The position numbers and the translations under genes were made by a program. The notes beneath the pieces were generated by a model. That model was given only the letters and a program-made list of their open reading frames with translations, searched no databases and had not been told where the DNA came from. A stretch of DNA of 60,081 bases, counting the filler, from Diploschistes diacapsis (lineage: Eukaryota), in assembly GCA_023645945.1 (NCBI GenBank). It is 5 parts of 5 records of this genome, joined end to end, with 100 filler letters (N's around TTAATTAATTAA, not from the genome) between each part and the next. Parts side by side here need not be neighbours in the genome. Positions count along the whole stretch, not along the records: positions 24,090 to 36,026 come from JALAIB010000782.1; positions 36,127 to 48,055 come from JALAIB010000783.1; 3 more parts are not named here. The stretch is one strand, 5' to 3'. Shown here piece by piece: positions 26,229 through 38,364 of the stretch (position 1 is its first letter; each line of letters opens with the position of its first letter).

Positions 26229-28745
26229 TTACTTCACCGATGTTTCCTTACCTTTAACAAGAGTCCGCCTTTGTTCTTCCAAGTCTCTAATACCTTCATT
26301 CTCGAATTCTTCGGTAGACACAGACTCTGTATCTTTTGTAGACTCAGATTCTGCGTCTTCAGTTGATTCATCAGAAGCCTCTTTTTGCCCCTTCAGTAAC
26401 TTCTTAACCCTCCCGTATATGCTTTCGCCTTTTTCCGTTTTAGATTCAGGGACGATTGTGTTGAAGTACGTGGGTCCAAGGTCATTTATCTCCTGGATTC
26501 TTTCGAGCTCCTTCTTAATCCTCTCTGGTTCCGATTTAAAGACAGAGACGCTGTACAAGTAACGACATTGAATACATCCTTTATCCTGTCCGACTATTAC
26601 CACCAACACAGCGTCCAAGTGATGACCATAGTCAGCTAGATCTGGGCGCTTCAGTTTCTCGCTAAGGAGTATTGCCATCTGCTCTGGAAGCTGTTTCGTC
26701 GATAAAATTCCATACCGGCTGGGCTCCACCACATCTTCGGTAATGACTTCGCCATTAATGTTTCTCAGACAGCTGATTTCGAACCAGCACCCCGAGTCGT
26801 CAATCATGTTGAAAGTTCTATTGAGAGGCCTCATGATGCCAGAAATGATTACGCCAGGCAGTCGAATCGCAAGATCTTCCCTGGTATGATACCCATCTTG
26901 GAGATGGTAATAAGCGACGGAGTTCTGCCCGTCACATAAAGTGGCAGGTGCCCAACGATAGCCTTCCGCTGTCAACCTCGGCGCGGACTAGAAAATAGCA
27001 CCTGCGGAAATGGTCTGCAGAGGTTCCCAAATGACTTTCATTCGATCCTCGACGGGAGCTCGGACGATAGCTTCGGGACTAATTCCTAACAGATTTCCTA
27101 AACATAACCCTTCGTCAGTTCCCACGCTTGTCGAGCGGAAGGCAAGGGCCTTTTTGGCCTCTTGTACGGTGAAGTGGTCCTTGTCTAGAAATTCGGATCC
27201 CCGGAGGGTATACTGGGCTACCAAGCTCCTATGGTTCCAAAGTTCATGAGGACCCCAGGCGAGTCTGTTCGAAGTAAGTCGAGTTCTTATCACGTTGACG
27301 AGGGTGATTTCAGGAAACAGCAATTGATATGTCCAGCCGTTAGCAGCTTTGCCACTTGAGTTACTTTCACACTTGCTGAAATTGAAACTCACGTTTGTTC
27401 GTGCCTGATGTCCCCTACTATAGGATCCACTGCGTAGTCAGAGAACTGGAAGTACAAACTAGCACCAATGTATCCCTCTTGAAGTGTCCACAGCCTGCGA
27501 TTCCAGGGGCTACAGAGAATACGGAACAAAGCCTCGTCTTGTCCCATAGAATGGTGCGGTTGCGACATTACGTACTTATCTATAACTAACACTATCTCAG
27601 CGTCTTTATAGCTCTCACGCATCTTTATCAAAGCGAGATTATACGCCTCGGTGGGCTCAAGAGGGAAGCAAAGCGTATCAAGCCAAAAGGCAGTCGTTTT
27701 CCCATCAGAGGCCTGCGCGACGAGGTCACATATGCGCATATACTGACAGCGAGGAATTGCGTTGTCACTGTTGTTGCCCAGTCCATCGGACCATACATGG
27801 GAAATTGCCACAAATCCCGTGTCAGTGGAAGAAGCAAGGGACACGTGTATCTTTCCATTGCCATCAACCAACGTCTCGGTAGTCACGAGGGATACAGCAT
27901 TCTCCTGCTGTAGAATTTCAAATAGACTGTCCTGGGAAGCAAAGACGAACCTACAATCACAGCCGTCCGTCACATGTTGAGTTTTATAAGTCTCCGGAAC
28001 ATTCTGGTAAGCAAGACAGTTATCAGAAGCGCAGAAGCGATGGCTCTTATTCATACCCGGTCGCTCCAGCCGCGAGATAAAGTACAATTCCGAGCTGCTA
28101 ACTTCCATGTACAGCTTGCGGACCTCACTCGGACACCAACCATCTGCAGTCATCCGAGAAACTAGCAATTCGTTTGCGCCCGCGATGTCTACCATAGGTA
28201 AGACCGGCGCCTCGTCTGCGCTGCCGTCGCCCACGAAAGCAGGCCGCCACGCGAGGCGCACGAACTAGTAGAGCGTCGCGCAGGAGAACAAGAGCCGCTC
28301 GTCGACCTCCACCTTCTCAAAGAAGGCCTCGGTAAACACGCGGCCCATTTCCGAAAAGCACTTCGCGAGGCGCTCCACATCCGCCCGGCGTGTGTCCGCT
28401 GCAAGCGCACTCTCCCGTTGGATCCATTCGTCCAGGTAATCCTTCAACGCGGCGGTCGTGATGACCGGTCGGCCGTTTTCTTCCGAGGTGCGCACGAAGT
28501 CTTCCTTCTTGACGGGCCGGCCGAAGACTTCGCACAGCAGGCCGAAGTAGCACCAGCTTTGCAGCAGGCTGTTCAGGTCATCGGCGGTGCGGGTTCCACT
28601 GTCGCGGCGCGAAGAGCTCGGCCTCTTTCCATTTGACGCGGTCAAGGTATTCGAGCAGAGGGCCACCGTCGTGCTCTTGGTGGCAGAAGTACGGGACTTC
28701 AATGGGAGGTAGGATTGGGTTGAGGGGGGATGGTATATGGTCCAT
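26229..28745 (-). pseudogene. HET-domain protein gene, disrupted (1 frameshift, 2 in-frame TAG)
   Basis: N-terminus MDHIPSP...IEVPYFC...HDGG from ATG 28745; frameshift near 28591-28593 into LLQSWCYFGLL; TAG at 28267-28265; GWCPSE; HET motifs FVAISHVWSDGLGN, FWLDTLCFP, SPWNRRLWTLQEG; probable intron 27392-27286; TAG at 26990-26988 just before SAPRLTAEGYRWAP. Confidence 0.85.
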
Positions 28746-29228
28746 TCGATTTGCCTCTTGCGTCAGAGGTGAGAATCAGGCTGATGGTATGTGCTTAAGT
28801 CCAGTGCCCTAAATGTGAATATATATATATATAGAGAGAGACTAAGCCTTCTAGGCTCTACATGGGTTCGTCTTTTCTCTGCGCTACTAGTAGCCGGGAC
28901 AACAAGTCGGACGTGGCGTTCTCTTCCTCATTCGCCAGTCTTGAACAAGGTTACAGGCGCATAAGGCAACTTATCGACAGGGTGAACCTGCATGGTCAGA
29001 TATGACCCATATCGTTATATAGATCTCACGATCTTGTATGGTTCGACGGTATTTTCTCTTATGCCACCTACTAGGAAATCGCCATCTCGGAAAACTCGAA
29101 CCAGCAGGCACGCTAAGAGTAAGTTACAGGAGTTAGAATACTATTAAAGGTAAGAGAGCCTTGAGAACGTGTATAGAACGATGGCCAGGAAGCAGAGGTT
29201 CCCCAAAGATATCTGCTACCAATGCTAC

Positions 29229-31631
29229 TCATTGCTCGTCCCCACGAGCTTCCTTTCCCAGCTGCTTAAGCGCAAGTTCGTAACTCTCCCTATCCTCATC
29301 GGACACGCCACCAACCTGCATCTCCCTCCTCGTTACCTTCCTTGCCCTCTCAATCTTCGAAGACCTCCCTATCTCGTTCCAAAACCATCTCGCCTCGTGA
29401 TGAGCAACCAGCGTCGTCGCTACGCCTGCTGCTCCGGCACGCGCCGTTCGGCCAATGCGATGGACATAGCTCGTCAGACTAGTGGGCATGTCGTAATTTA
29501 CCACTTGGGCCAGATTCTTTAGATCTAGGCCTCGCGATGCACGATCCGAGGCCACTATGACGGAAAGCTTGCGCTTGCGGAATGCAGCGAGGGTCCTTCG
29601 GCCTGAAGACGTGCCCGAGGACTTGGTGAAAGGAGATATTAGATTCGCAAAGGAGGGCCGCAGCAAAGCTATTAGGCGGCACAGGCGTAGTGCGTTCTCG
29701 TTGATGTTCGTAAAGACTAAGATGCCGTGCTGTGCTTCGGTTCGGAGCGGAGCAGCAATCCTCCTCTCTGGGCTTTCTGAAGTTATAGAAGCGTCGTCTG
29801 AGGATGTTCCACTGTCCTCTACATCAGGGGAATCGGAGTCACCCTCGATCGCCGAGCTCTGGCTAGAGTCTGAGCTGCTTGAATTTGCCGAAGTAATGCT
29901 ACTGCTGGGAGATTTCAAGTTTTTATGAGGAGTATCCCTATGGCCTGGCATACTTTCTTCAATCAGCTGCAACAAGTAAAGTGGCTTGTCAGCTGCTTCG
30001 CGCACGGGGATAGCAACCTCTATGAGCTGTGCCGGAAGTACCGAGGATGTGTCCTGCGCTTCTTCCTCCTTACCTCCTCTAACATCATCCCTACGCGAGT
30101 TCTCACCCTCCAGCGCAACCAGAGCAGGCCGATGGAGGTTCAACTGCTCCAATTTACTAACGTCTCGTGCCATCGTTGCACTAAGGATGACTTTCCTAAC
30201 GTGCCTTTGGCGGGGCCAATCGTAACTTGCAGACATGGTGCGAGGATTATTCGACGTCGTGGGCTCGGTCTCAAGTAATGGGATGACTACCTCGAGCCAC
30301 TGCTGGAAGCCTTGGTCGAGAAGCTTGTCTGCTTCGTCTATGATCAGCCACTGGAGATGCTCCAAAGTAAAGCCATTCGTTGTGCGTACGTGGTCAACTA
30401 AACGTCCTGGCGTGCATATAAGAACATCGACATTTGATTTGTATGCTGCTACCATATTAGGCAACTCTGCAAGAGGATCGTCGTCGTCATTGTCGTCGCT
30501 GTCATCATCCATCGGCTCGTCCAACCAATCCCAGGGATCCGCTTGGCTGAGTCTTTTCTGTTCAACCTTGTATGCCTGACGGTCGAACCTCCACACCTTC
30601 CTGATAATGGTTGCTTGCTCTTGCTTCAACGACTTACTACCGACAGCCACACCTATTTCTAAGCCCGCGTTACACTGCTGGAAAGTATCCTTAACTTGAT
30701 CAACCAGCTCCCGAGTCGGTACTACTATCACTGCTCTTAGTTTTCTCACCGGCTTATCTTTTAGTGCTTTAACAATAGGCAGAGTATAGGCGAGAGTCTT
30801 CCCCGACCCCGTAGCTGCAGAGATACAGATGTCTCCATGGTGCATTTTTGGACCCGGAAGCAGCATCTGTAGAACAGCAGCTTGTATGGCAAATGCATCT
30901 TCGATTCCTAGTTTGGAAAGCATTTCTATTTGTTGCTTACCAAGTCCAAGGTCACGAAAGGGAAGCGTAGCGTCAGCCTTGACCAACGTGGGTTTTGCGA
31001 GCCATTCGGGTAGAGCTTGAACCGTCGACTTCGTAGGCGAGTCAGGAACCTCTGCGGGCTGAGGAAGGGGAACGAGTCCTTCTGCTTCAACCTTCTGAAG
31101 AAAAGCTTCCTCGTGTGGATCGGCAGCATCTTCTCGACGTTTTTGACGCTCAGCAAGTTCCACGCCCAATACCTTTGACCTAGCGAACTTCTCCCGCACC
31201 TTCCGGTGAGCATCATCATGAATCGATTCTGCATCTATATCCGCATTGGATTTTGGCCTGACTACCTGGGTCTTCTCTGATGCATTGCCGGTCTTTTCTC
31301 TCTTCTCCTTCTTGCTTTTACGCTCTGATGTCGCCCGAGGTTTGCGTATTCCTCCAGTCTCAAGCATAACATCATTTACATCCTCCAATTTTGGAATCAA
31401 ATGGCCATTGACAACAGCTTCGTTACCGCTGTTTGTGCATGCGGCCAGGAGCAAAGTATCAACCTTGCTCTCCAGCTGTGGCGAAGCTTGGTTATTGGGA
31501 TCTGAGGCATTGAGTTTTGGTTTCTTCCTAGGCTGAGCCCCTACAATGCCTTCACTTCGACTTGGGGCCTTGGCTTGGCCTCTGGCACCATCGGCTGGAG
31601 GAACATAGCGAGCATAGAATTGCGTAGCCAT
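29229..31631 (-). CDS. DBP6: ATP-dependent DEAD-box RNA helicase Dbp6
   Basis: FYARYVPP N-terminus, AFAIQAAV Q-motif, AATGSGKT, PTRELV, TPGRLVDH, DEAD, LSAT, SRGLD, YVHRIGRTARAG. Confidence 0.93.
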   Translation of the reverse strand: MATQFYARYVPPADGARGQAKAPSRSEGIVGAQPRKKPKLNASDPNNQASPQLESKVDTLLLAACTNSGNEAVVNGHLIPKLEDVNDVMLETGGIRKPRATSERKSKKEKREKTGNASEKTQVVRPKSNADIDAESIHDDAHRKVREKFARSKVLGVELAERQKRREDAADPHEEAFLQKVEAEGLVPLPQPAEVPDSPTKSTVQALPEWLAKPTLVKADATLPFRDLGLGKQQIEMLSKLGIEDAFAIQAAVLQMLLPGPKMHHGDICISAATGSGKTLAYTLPIVKALKDKPVRKLRAVIVVPTRELVDQVKDTFQQCNAGLEIGVAVGSKSLKQEQATIIRKVWRFDRQAYKVEQKRLSQADPWDWLDEPMDDDSDDNDDDDPLAELPNMVAAYKSNVDVLICTPGRLVDHVRTTNGFTLEHLQWLIIDEADKLLDQGFQQWLEVVIPLLETEPTTSNNPRTMSASYDWPRQRHVRKVILSATMARDVSKLEQLNLHRPALVALEGENSRRDDVRGGKEEEAQDTSSVLPAQLIEVAIPVREAADKPLYLLQLIEESMPGHRDTPHKNLKSPSSSITSANSSSSDSSQSSAIEGDSDSPDVEDSGTSSDDASITSESPERRIAAPLRTEAQHGILVFTNINENALRLCRLIALLRPSFANLISPFTKSSGTSSGRRTLAAFRKRKLSVIVASDRASRGLDLKNLAQVVNYDMPTSLTSYVHRIGRTARAGAAGVATTLVAHHEARWFWNEIGRSSKIERARKVTRREMQVGGVSDEDRESYELALKQLGKEARGDEQ

Positions 31632-32232
31632 GAGACTTGTCCAAGCGTCTGCAATGGGCTGAAGACTTTCTTACTTTGATATAGCGGCACCCTTGTAAAG
31701 ACCGTAGGGACTTTGATCTTTTGCAGCACATCCTTTAAGACAAATAAGGTTAGCTCGAGCGGTGGAGCCGAAAAAATGCACGTGATAAGCTGGTCAGCTG
31801 ATAAACTCGCGGGCCAATAACATACAAGAGAATCAAAAGTAAGTTAGCTTGGATTATTACATAATCTGCTCGTCATCTCAAGGTTTATCCTATCAAACAT
31901 AACTCGTAGGCACCCCGCGCCACTGGAGAAAAGAATGCTACGATCACAGCAACTACCTGCCAAAGCTCTGTACACACATTCTGAGTCTTCCATTACGAAT
32001 GCTTGACCTCGCTTCAATGCTGGTCAAAAGCTGTTGCAGGCTGACTCAAGCCTTGACCACGACCAAGAGGGTCCGAGTGTCAACACTATAACAGATTAAC
32101 TCGGAGACTTAATGGACATCTCATTCTTTCATATTTTTCTACTCTCGCCATCGGATCAATCCACGGTCAACCGGGTGAGCGTTATCGCGGTGCACTTACA
32201 AACACACTAACAAGAGGAGGCGGCTAGTCAAG

Positions 32233-33015
32233 ATGTCCCAGTTCATCACCATCGTCCAACCTCTTGGGCAATCTGTTCGCCAATACCCAACTGATGACAT
32301 TGGCTCCACTCCTCCAGCCAGCATTTCTGCCGGCTTCCGCGACTGTATGATCGTTCGCAAGGCAGTCTTTATCGAAGAGCAGGGCTGTCGCTTAGCGAAT
32401 GAAATCGACACCGACGATGAAAGGGCGTTCTACTGGGTTGCCTACGCAAGCATCGGCGCTCCCAAGAGCAGCTCCCCAGCACTGAAGGAACCGGGAAATG
32501 AGCGCAGCGAATACCAGCGTCGTAAGTCTATCGGCGGCCAAGTTCCCGTCAGTGTCCTACGCCTTGTCCCGCCGCCCCACGGTAATCACCCGGCTCCTGG
32601 TAGCGTTGATGGAGTCGGAGGAGAAGAAGTCGAGACCGTCTACAACGGGGACCGCAAGACTAGTTTTCATGACGGCAGGGAAATCTACGTTAAGATCGGG
32701 CGCATGGCTACAGTCAAGGATTTTCGCGGATTCGGCCTCGGGAAGCTCCTGATGAATCATGCTCTCGATTGGGCCAGGGCGAACAAAAAGACCCTCAGTT
32801 TGATTCCCCAGGATGGCGCCGAGCGTGAAAGAGCACAGCAGGAGCTAGGCGAGAAATTCGGGGAGCTGGAGTGGAAGGGTCTGGTTCTGGTGCATAGTCA
32901 GGTATCCGCCATCAGGTTCTACAGGCAGTTTGGCTTCGTGGAGGATGAGGAGCTAGGCATCTGGATCGAGGAGGGCATTGAGCACGTTGCGATGTGGAAG
33001 AGGATGAAAGTTTGA
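32233..33015 (+). CDS. GNAT acetyltransferase (ElaA/YjcF-like fungal family)
   Basis: VRKAVFIEEQ, KIGRMAT..FRGFGLGKLLM, FYRQFGF, EEGIEHVAM; probable 5'UTR intron 32175-32227. Confidence 0.88.
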   Translation: MSQFITIVQPLGQSVRQYPTDDIGSTPPASISAGFRDCMIVRKAVFIEEQGCRLANEIDTDDERAFYWVAYASIGAPKSSSPALKEPGNERSEYQRRKSIGGQVPVSVLRLVPPPHGNHPAPGSVDGVGGEEVETVYNGDRKTSFHDGREIYVKIGRMATVKDFRGFGLGKLLMNHALDWARANKKTLSLIPQDGAERERAQQELGEKFGELEWKGLVLVHSQVSAIRFYRQFGFVEDEELGIWIEEGIEHVAMWKRMKV

Positions 33016-34121
33016 GCAAGGGCACCGGTTCATAACATGGTCATGTTACGAAGCTTTCGAAAAACGACTCAACGGCCGAGAGGGCGTAACAGCGCAAGAT
33101 TGTCCATCCAGCTCTTGATCACTTATACTCGGACAAGAGGCAGTACTGATGTCAAAGTTCATGGCAGACAGTGTAGGCGATTCAATCCCCACCAACAATC
33201 AATATGCAGAAAAGAATCCAGGCTCGTTTCTGATCGAAGAGGTGCTATGTAACAAAACATATACATTGAATATTTATTATGGGTCTTTATTTTGTACACA
33301 CCATGCATCTTAAGCCTCGAGCTGTGATGCGTCATAATTTCACCAGAGCCACCCAGCCAGCCACAACACAAGCCATCAAGGTGAAAAGGCGATGACTGTT
33401 GCCAAGCCTAGTAGAGCCTTCGAAGGCCCAAAGGAGCACAACTTCAAGAAGCTAGAACCCCAAGCCATGGCCATTCTATCTACGCTTACGCCGCGGCCCG
33501 TTGCGTACAGGAAAAGGGCATCGATACATGTATCCCGTTTGCTATTGCTTCCCACACAAGCGGTGATCTGGGACCACTTTCAGTAGGAGCCTCGGCAGAC
33601 CCTTTGTCTGCGCCATATGCATTGCAACCAGACCCTGATAAGGCAGGTGTCTTCTTGTCTTCTTGTTTTTTTCCCTGCCGTTCGCTAGCATCTTCCTAAC
33701 TGAGTCCTCCGAACCTTTTGCAGTTGCTGCCCCGATATTCGTCGAATTCTCTTCGCGGCCATCACGGCTCCCGGTCGGGTCCTATGACTCCTATCTCCCG
33801 CTCTTCAATGAACTGACGGAGACCTTCCGCTTCCGGTAGCCTTGTGTTTCGTTTTCTAGGCCCATTAGGACTATTATAAGCATCTGATTCCTGGTATATG
33901 GAACTGAGAGCCTCTGCACCGACCACAAAGCGATCCCATTGTGCCGTTGCGGCGCAGGATGTTGTGGCACGAGTCACGCAAAAGGTAATGGCATGGCCAA
34001 ACCGTTTCGCTGTGGAATAAAAGTCCGCTGCCATCCCCCAGCCCTTCGAACCCTTCAAAACGGCGTTGCTTTGTTGTCATTATAATGCATGATCACGAAA
34101 AATGAGCGCAGCATTTTCAAT

Positions 34122-35580
34122 ATGGATCTTCAGGATCCTGCAAATACACCGCTGCTCAGGCCCCCAGCCGGCGTTACTCCAGACTTCGTAAATCCGCTTA
34201 TTCGAGCGCCTGAGACGTATGCTATCAGCTATGTTCTTTTTGCCCTGAATACCGTGGCAGTGGTTGCGCGGCTCTATACTAAGGGAATAGTGATGAAGAA
34301 GATCCATATGGATGATTGTATGCCAACCTGACAGCCTCCGCGCATAAGGGATACTTATGAATATAGACGCTTTGATAATAGGATGGGTCTGTCACAACGT
34401 TCAAGCCCGAGATATACTGTTGCTGAACGAATCTAGGCGGGTACACTATCGTTCATGGTCCTCGTTGCGTTTCTACGACCTATCGCAGGGCGCCATCAAT
34501 GGGACGTCAGCCTCTCGCAAGCGCCCAGCTTCCTTTGGGCAAGTCTTGACTACAACTGGCGACTTCATCGTTGTTAATTCAGTAATTAGAATCTTAATGC
34601 GGCAGAGGTTGCCTACGTCCCTCCTATGCTCTTCCTCAAATTATCTATTCTACTACAACTCAAACGGATCTTCATGGGCTCTCGCCTTAACCTAACTTGG
34701 CTTGCCTTCCAAGCGATGATATGGCTCAATGTTCTATTCTTCACCATAATACTGCTCTTTACGATCCTTCGGTGCCTACCTCGGGCCAAACTCGTCAACC
34801 CGGAGATCGAGGGGACGTGTTTCAGCACTGGTGTTATCCTCACTGTGACTTCGTCATTCAACGCCGCTTCTGATTTTCTCACGCTTCTACTGCCCCTGTG
34901 GGTAATTGGCCATCTCAGTCTATCTGTTAAACACAAGGTTGGAATCTCTGCCGCTTTCGCAGTTGGGCTTTTGTGAGTCACTCCGGTGAGGCATTTGCCA
35001 AGCATTGACGTGGTGTCTGATTATGATCAGGTGCTGCATCGCAAGCGCTTTGCGTACATATTACTGCGTCTTGCTCTCACAGACAGACGATGTAACATGG
35101 GCCGTGTTGCCTATAGGCTTCACAGCATTCATCGAGCTGTTCTGCGCGCAGCTAGTGGCGTGTCTGCCCGTCATGCCCGTCTTCTACCAGCATATCCGGC
35201 AACAGGTACTGGGCAGCAAACCCACATCCGCCCCCAGCCGCTGCTCACGCTCCCGACCCATCTCACCGAGCGCAATCGCACAAGCACTGGAGCAGACCGT
35301 ACTTACTTCGCCCCTCGCTGGCAGGGGAAAGCATACGGCAGACATGGAGGAAAAGATTGCAATATCTGTCAAACAGGCGGAGAGAAACACTGCTGAGCGG
35401 ACATGGCTCGTTATAGACGACACATCGTCGTCTGTCGGCAGCGAACACGTAGTTCTTGAAAGACCGGCAAGCGCGTTGACGCGGGAGGAAGTCAACGATA
35501 CGGCTCGGTATGGTGGAGGAGTAGAAGCAAAGCCTAGGGGGTTAAGGAAGGTGGACAGGTCGGCCAGACATAGTTTGTAG
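34122..35580 (+). CDS. PTH11-like / fungal rhodopsin-domain integral membrane protein; 5 exons
   Basis: join(34122-34317,34367-34386,34437-34538,34590-34972,35031-35580): PPAGVTPDFVNP, ARLYTK...MDDY, GRHQWDV, KLSILLQLKRIF, NAASDFLTLLLPL, ACLP; third intron is GC-AG; an upstream ATG at 34089 is also in frame. Confidence 0.85.
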
Positions 35581-36026
35581 ATAGGCCTGACCGTATACGA
35601 TTTTGCTTTGCTGCCCTGCTCTATACTGGATTGTGCACAGCGATGCGCCCGTTTTAGGCAAGGAGTCGACGCTCACTTTGGCCGTATTGGAATCACATCT
35701 AGGAAGCTGAATTATTCGAATAATGTATATTCATGGTAAGGAAAGGCATGCCACTCCGATTATCTGAGAGAATTTAAAATATAGATCAACTAAGATTACA
35801 CATACCTTCGCATAGCATCGATAGGGAAATAGACACATACCAAAAAGCTTAAACACAAACCTCACCGGAAACTTGGGGCGCCCTTCCAACCTACGAAGGC
35901 CCTTCCCAAAAAGCTTTAGCGCTAGGGCTTCCAAGGTCCCAAGGAAACCTCAGGCTAAACCGAGAACCGCAGTCCAAAACCTGCCCTCACCTCCTTCTTT
36001 CCTCCCACCACCCCTGCCCTCCCTTC

Positions 36027-36126
36027 NNNNNNNNNNNNNNNNNNNNNNNNNNNNNNNNNNNNNNNNNNNNTTAATTAATTAANNNNNNNNNNNNNNNNNN
36101 NNNNNNNNNNNNNNNNNNNNNNNNNN
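36027..36126. other. Artificial contig-joining linker
   Basis: 44 N + TTAATTAATTAA + 44 N. Confidence 0.98.
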
Positions 36127-38236
36127 GGATGGGAGAGGGCGAATGGCTCGCGGGAGGTTGGTTGTGGGGTGGACATGGTGATGCGCACGTGCGGTGGTTT
36201 TCGTGGAAAAAAACCGATATTGATGCTATTGATCGTTAAGAGGGATGGCGCCATGGCAGTTTCGGCATTGCTGGGCCAGTGCGACTTTCTTTATATGCTT
36301 CGGGCCTGTGGCGCATCGCAACAACATGCCCGTATGTATGGGTGTCTCTGGGGGTCAGTTGGGGCTACTCGAGGCGACGCCGCCTTGGGTGCGTAAGCCA
36401 GCGCATGATGTGCCGTCTTTGGGTATCGGAGCACACAATTCCATGCAGCTCGTTCGGCTCATCGTTGATGGAATCCACGAATCTCCCATCTCATAGGGGG
36501 ACCTCTTAGCCTCAGGAACAGCCTCAGGAACGAACGGCGCTGTAGATAGATGGGCATGAGCGACCTAAACTTAGTCAACAGAGAAAATTGGCTGCGGCTG
36601 CGCCTTTCCCTTTTGGGTTGGAAAGCGAGCATATCCCGAATCGGTTTGGCGTGCCGATTCTAGTTTAGCTCGACGTCACTTTTCTTATCCGTCTTTGGCC
36701 TAGGTAGATAGAAGAATCTTGGCGATATCAATGCGAGTTGCTCGTTTCCTTGCCGCCAGATGCTGCGCGCACTCTGATTCTCCTGTTCGATTCGAAACCC
36801 TATGGCATTGAATGCCTTTGGGGGGTTAAGGTCCCCTCCAGGCTGCTTTTAATCCTCTAGTGAATCCGAAGTTAGGGCCTTGGATCCATGGGGGATTAGA
36901 CCCCCTACTTCAGGCTTGTCTCGAATCTTCCCATGCTTGTTTGAATTCAGACCACCCCTGCTTCTTCTGCCAGTGCAATGGATATCCATCATAGAGCTGG
37001 ATGCCCCCCAGCGTGAAACAAAGCGCACGACCTGGGCCCTCTTTACCCCTGGAGCACGTGAAGGATCTCGATATGAGCAAAGTGAGGATTCAGCGCGTTC
37101 CAGGGCGCTATCAATCTCGGATTCTGTTTGGTATCAGGGAAGCATAAGTCACAACCGTTGGAGACATGAATCATTATAATTCAAACAGCATATCCTCATC
37201 AGATCCTAATACACAGAGCAAAGCTTAGCTCTTGCCTTCTGCTGTTCAGATTGTTCCCGTCGTTCAATCCGTTTGTGCTGTCTCGCTTCCTCCTGCCCCC
37301 TCGCTTCCCGTCGCTTAGTATGCTCCTGTTCTCTGGGTTCTTGCTGCTTCCTCGTTTCTTCCGGCTGTCCGCCTTCCTGAGGCCGTATGGAGTTTTGCTC
37401 ATACTCTTTCGCCATACCAGTTGCCTGCTCATAGACTTCGCGACTTCGTGATAGCATATACTTTTCGGGCATTTTCCGAACCCTTCTATTGCGGTTATTG
37501 CGGTGTGACTTCCGAATTTCTCGTCGCAAGGGTTGTCGGGCGGCGAGGGCGGTAATTGCATAAAACAAATTTATATAGCAATAGCTCTCTGTCCATCTTC
37601 GCAGTGTGCATATGTTGATGGAAAAAATCCTGGATCAACTGGAGTGAACCTCTGGGGAACTGGCGGACAGTTCAAACACTGAGGTCGAGGTGCCAAATAC
37701 TTTGCAGCTTCGCCTCTAGTCCAGCGAGGAGAGCTGTCTATTCCATATGAATGATCAAGCAGCATAGCGTGATCTTCTCGGAATCTTGGTATTTTCACAG
37801 CATGCTGGGCACCAGATCTTAATTTCTGCGCGACAGGCTTTTCCAACCCTGTGCTTTGAGAGACGCCCCTTAAGCTCTGGTATTGAAAGCAAAGTCCGCA
37901 AGGGAGCTCGCATCCTTGTTTGTGGTTTGGCTTCATTGGTGGTTTCTGTATGACTAAGAACATACAAAGTGTAAGTTAAAGAAAAACCAGCGCTTGATGA
38001 GAAGAAGAAGCCTCATTGATTATGATTTGAGGTGGGGGCGTGCTCAACATGGAGTTTGAGACTCAGTATCCCCCGATACACCCCTCACGCATCAAGGGTA
38101 CAAATACTTATATCGAGCCATACCTAGCAATGGTGGAAGTTCACTTGCTTTGTAGCACCTGGATGATGGTAACGCTTGGTGGTGATTTAGGCTCAAGGGT
38201 CAAAAAAGTTGTTTTGGGTCCAAAGCGATTAGGACC

Positions 38237-38242
38237 AAAAAA
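38237..38242 (-). terminator. RNA polymerase III T6 terminator of the tRNA gene
   Basis: TTTTTT on the minus strand, one base after the discriminator. Confidence 0.8.
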
Positions 38243-38279
38243 TTGACCTAACCAGGGGTCGAACCTGGAATCTCTTGAT

Positions 38280-38301
38280 AACAGATCTCGATTGTAGGAA
38301 A
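38280..38301 (-). other. Canonical tRNA intron (37/38), 22 nt
   Basis: TTTCCTACAATCGAGATCTGTT, one base 3' of the anticodon; the third-last base G can form the conserved anticodon-intron pair with C32. Confidence 0.88.
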
Positions 38302-38312
38302 TCGTAGTCAAG

Positions 38313-38364
38313 CTAGGATGGGTTAGTCAACTTGAGATTATTCATGCCCGGAGAGATGACATAC
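38313..38364 (-). other. Spliceosomal-type (U2, GT-AG) intron inside the tRNA gene, between positions 26 and 27
   Basis: 52 nt: GTATGTCATCTCTCCGGGCATGAATAATCTCAAGTTGACTAACCCATCCTAG; consensus donor, branch point and acceptor; exact removal restores the cloverleaf. Confidence 0.85.

Noticed and set aside
24650..28267. TAG reassigned to a sense codon
   Set aside because: TAG terminates intact genes at expected positions (RIB4 55420, hydrolase 38578, hypothetical gene 52469, PTH11-like 35580), and the HET gene also has a frameshift.
31775..31810. CACGTG and GATAA motifs in the DBP6/GNAT divergent promoter
   Set aside because: Short motifs that are plausible but cannot be supported without conservation data.
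37199..37568. Charged 120-aa minus-strand ORFs
   Set aside because: No recognisable domain and no supportable start or splice structure; at most a relic.
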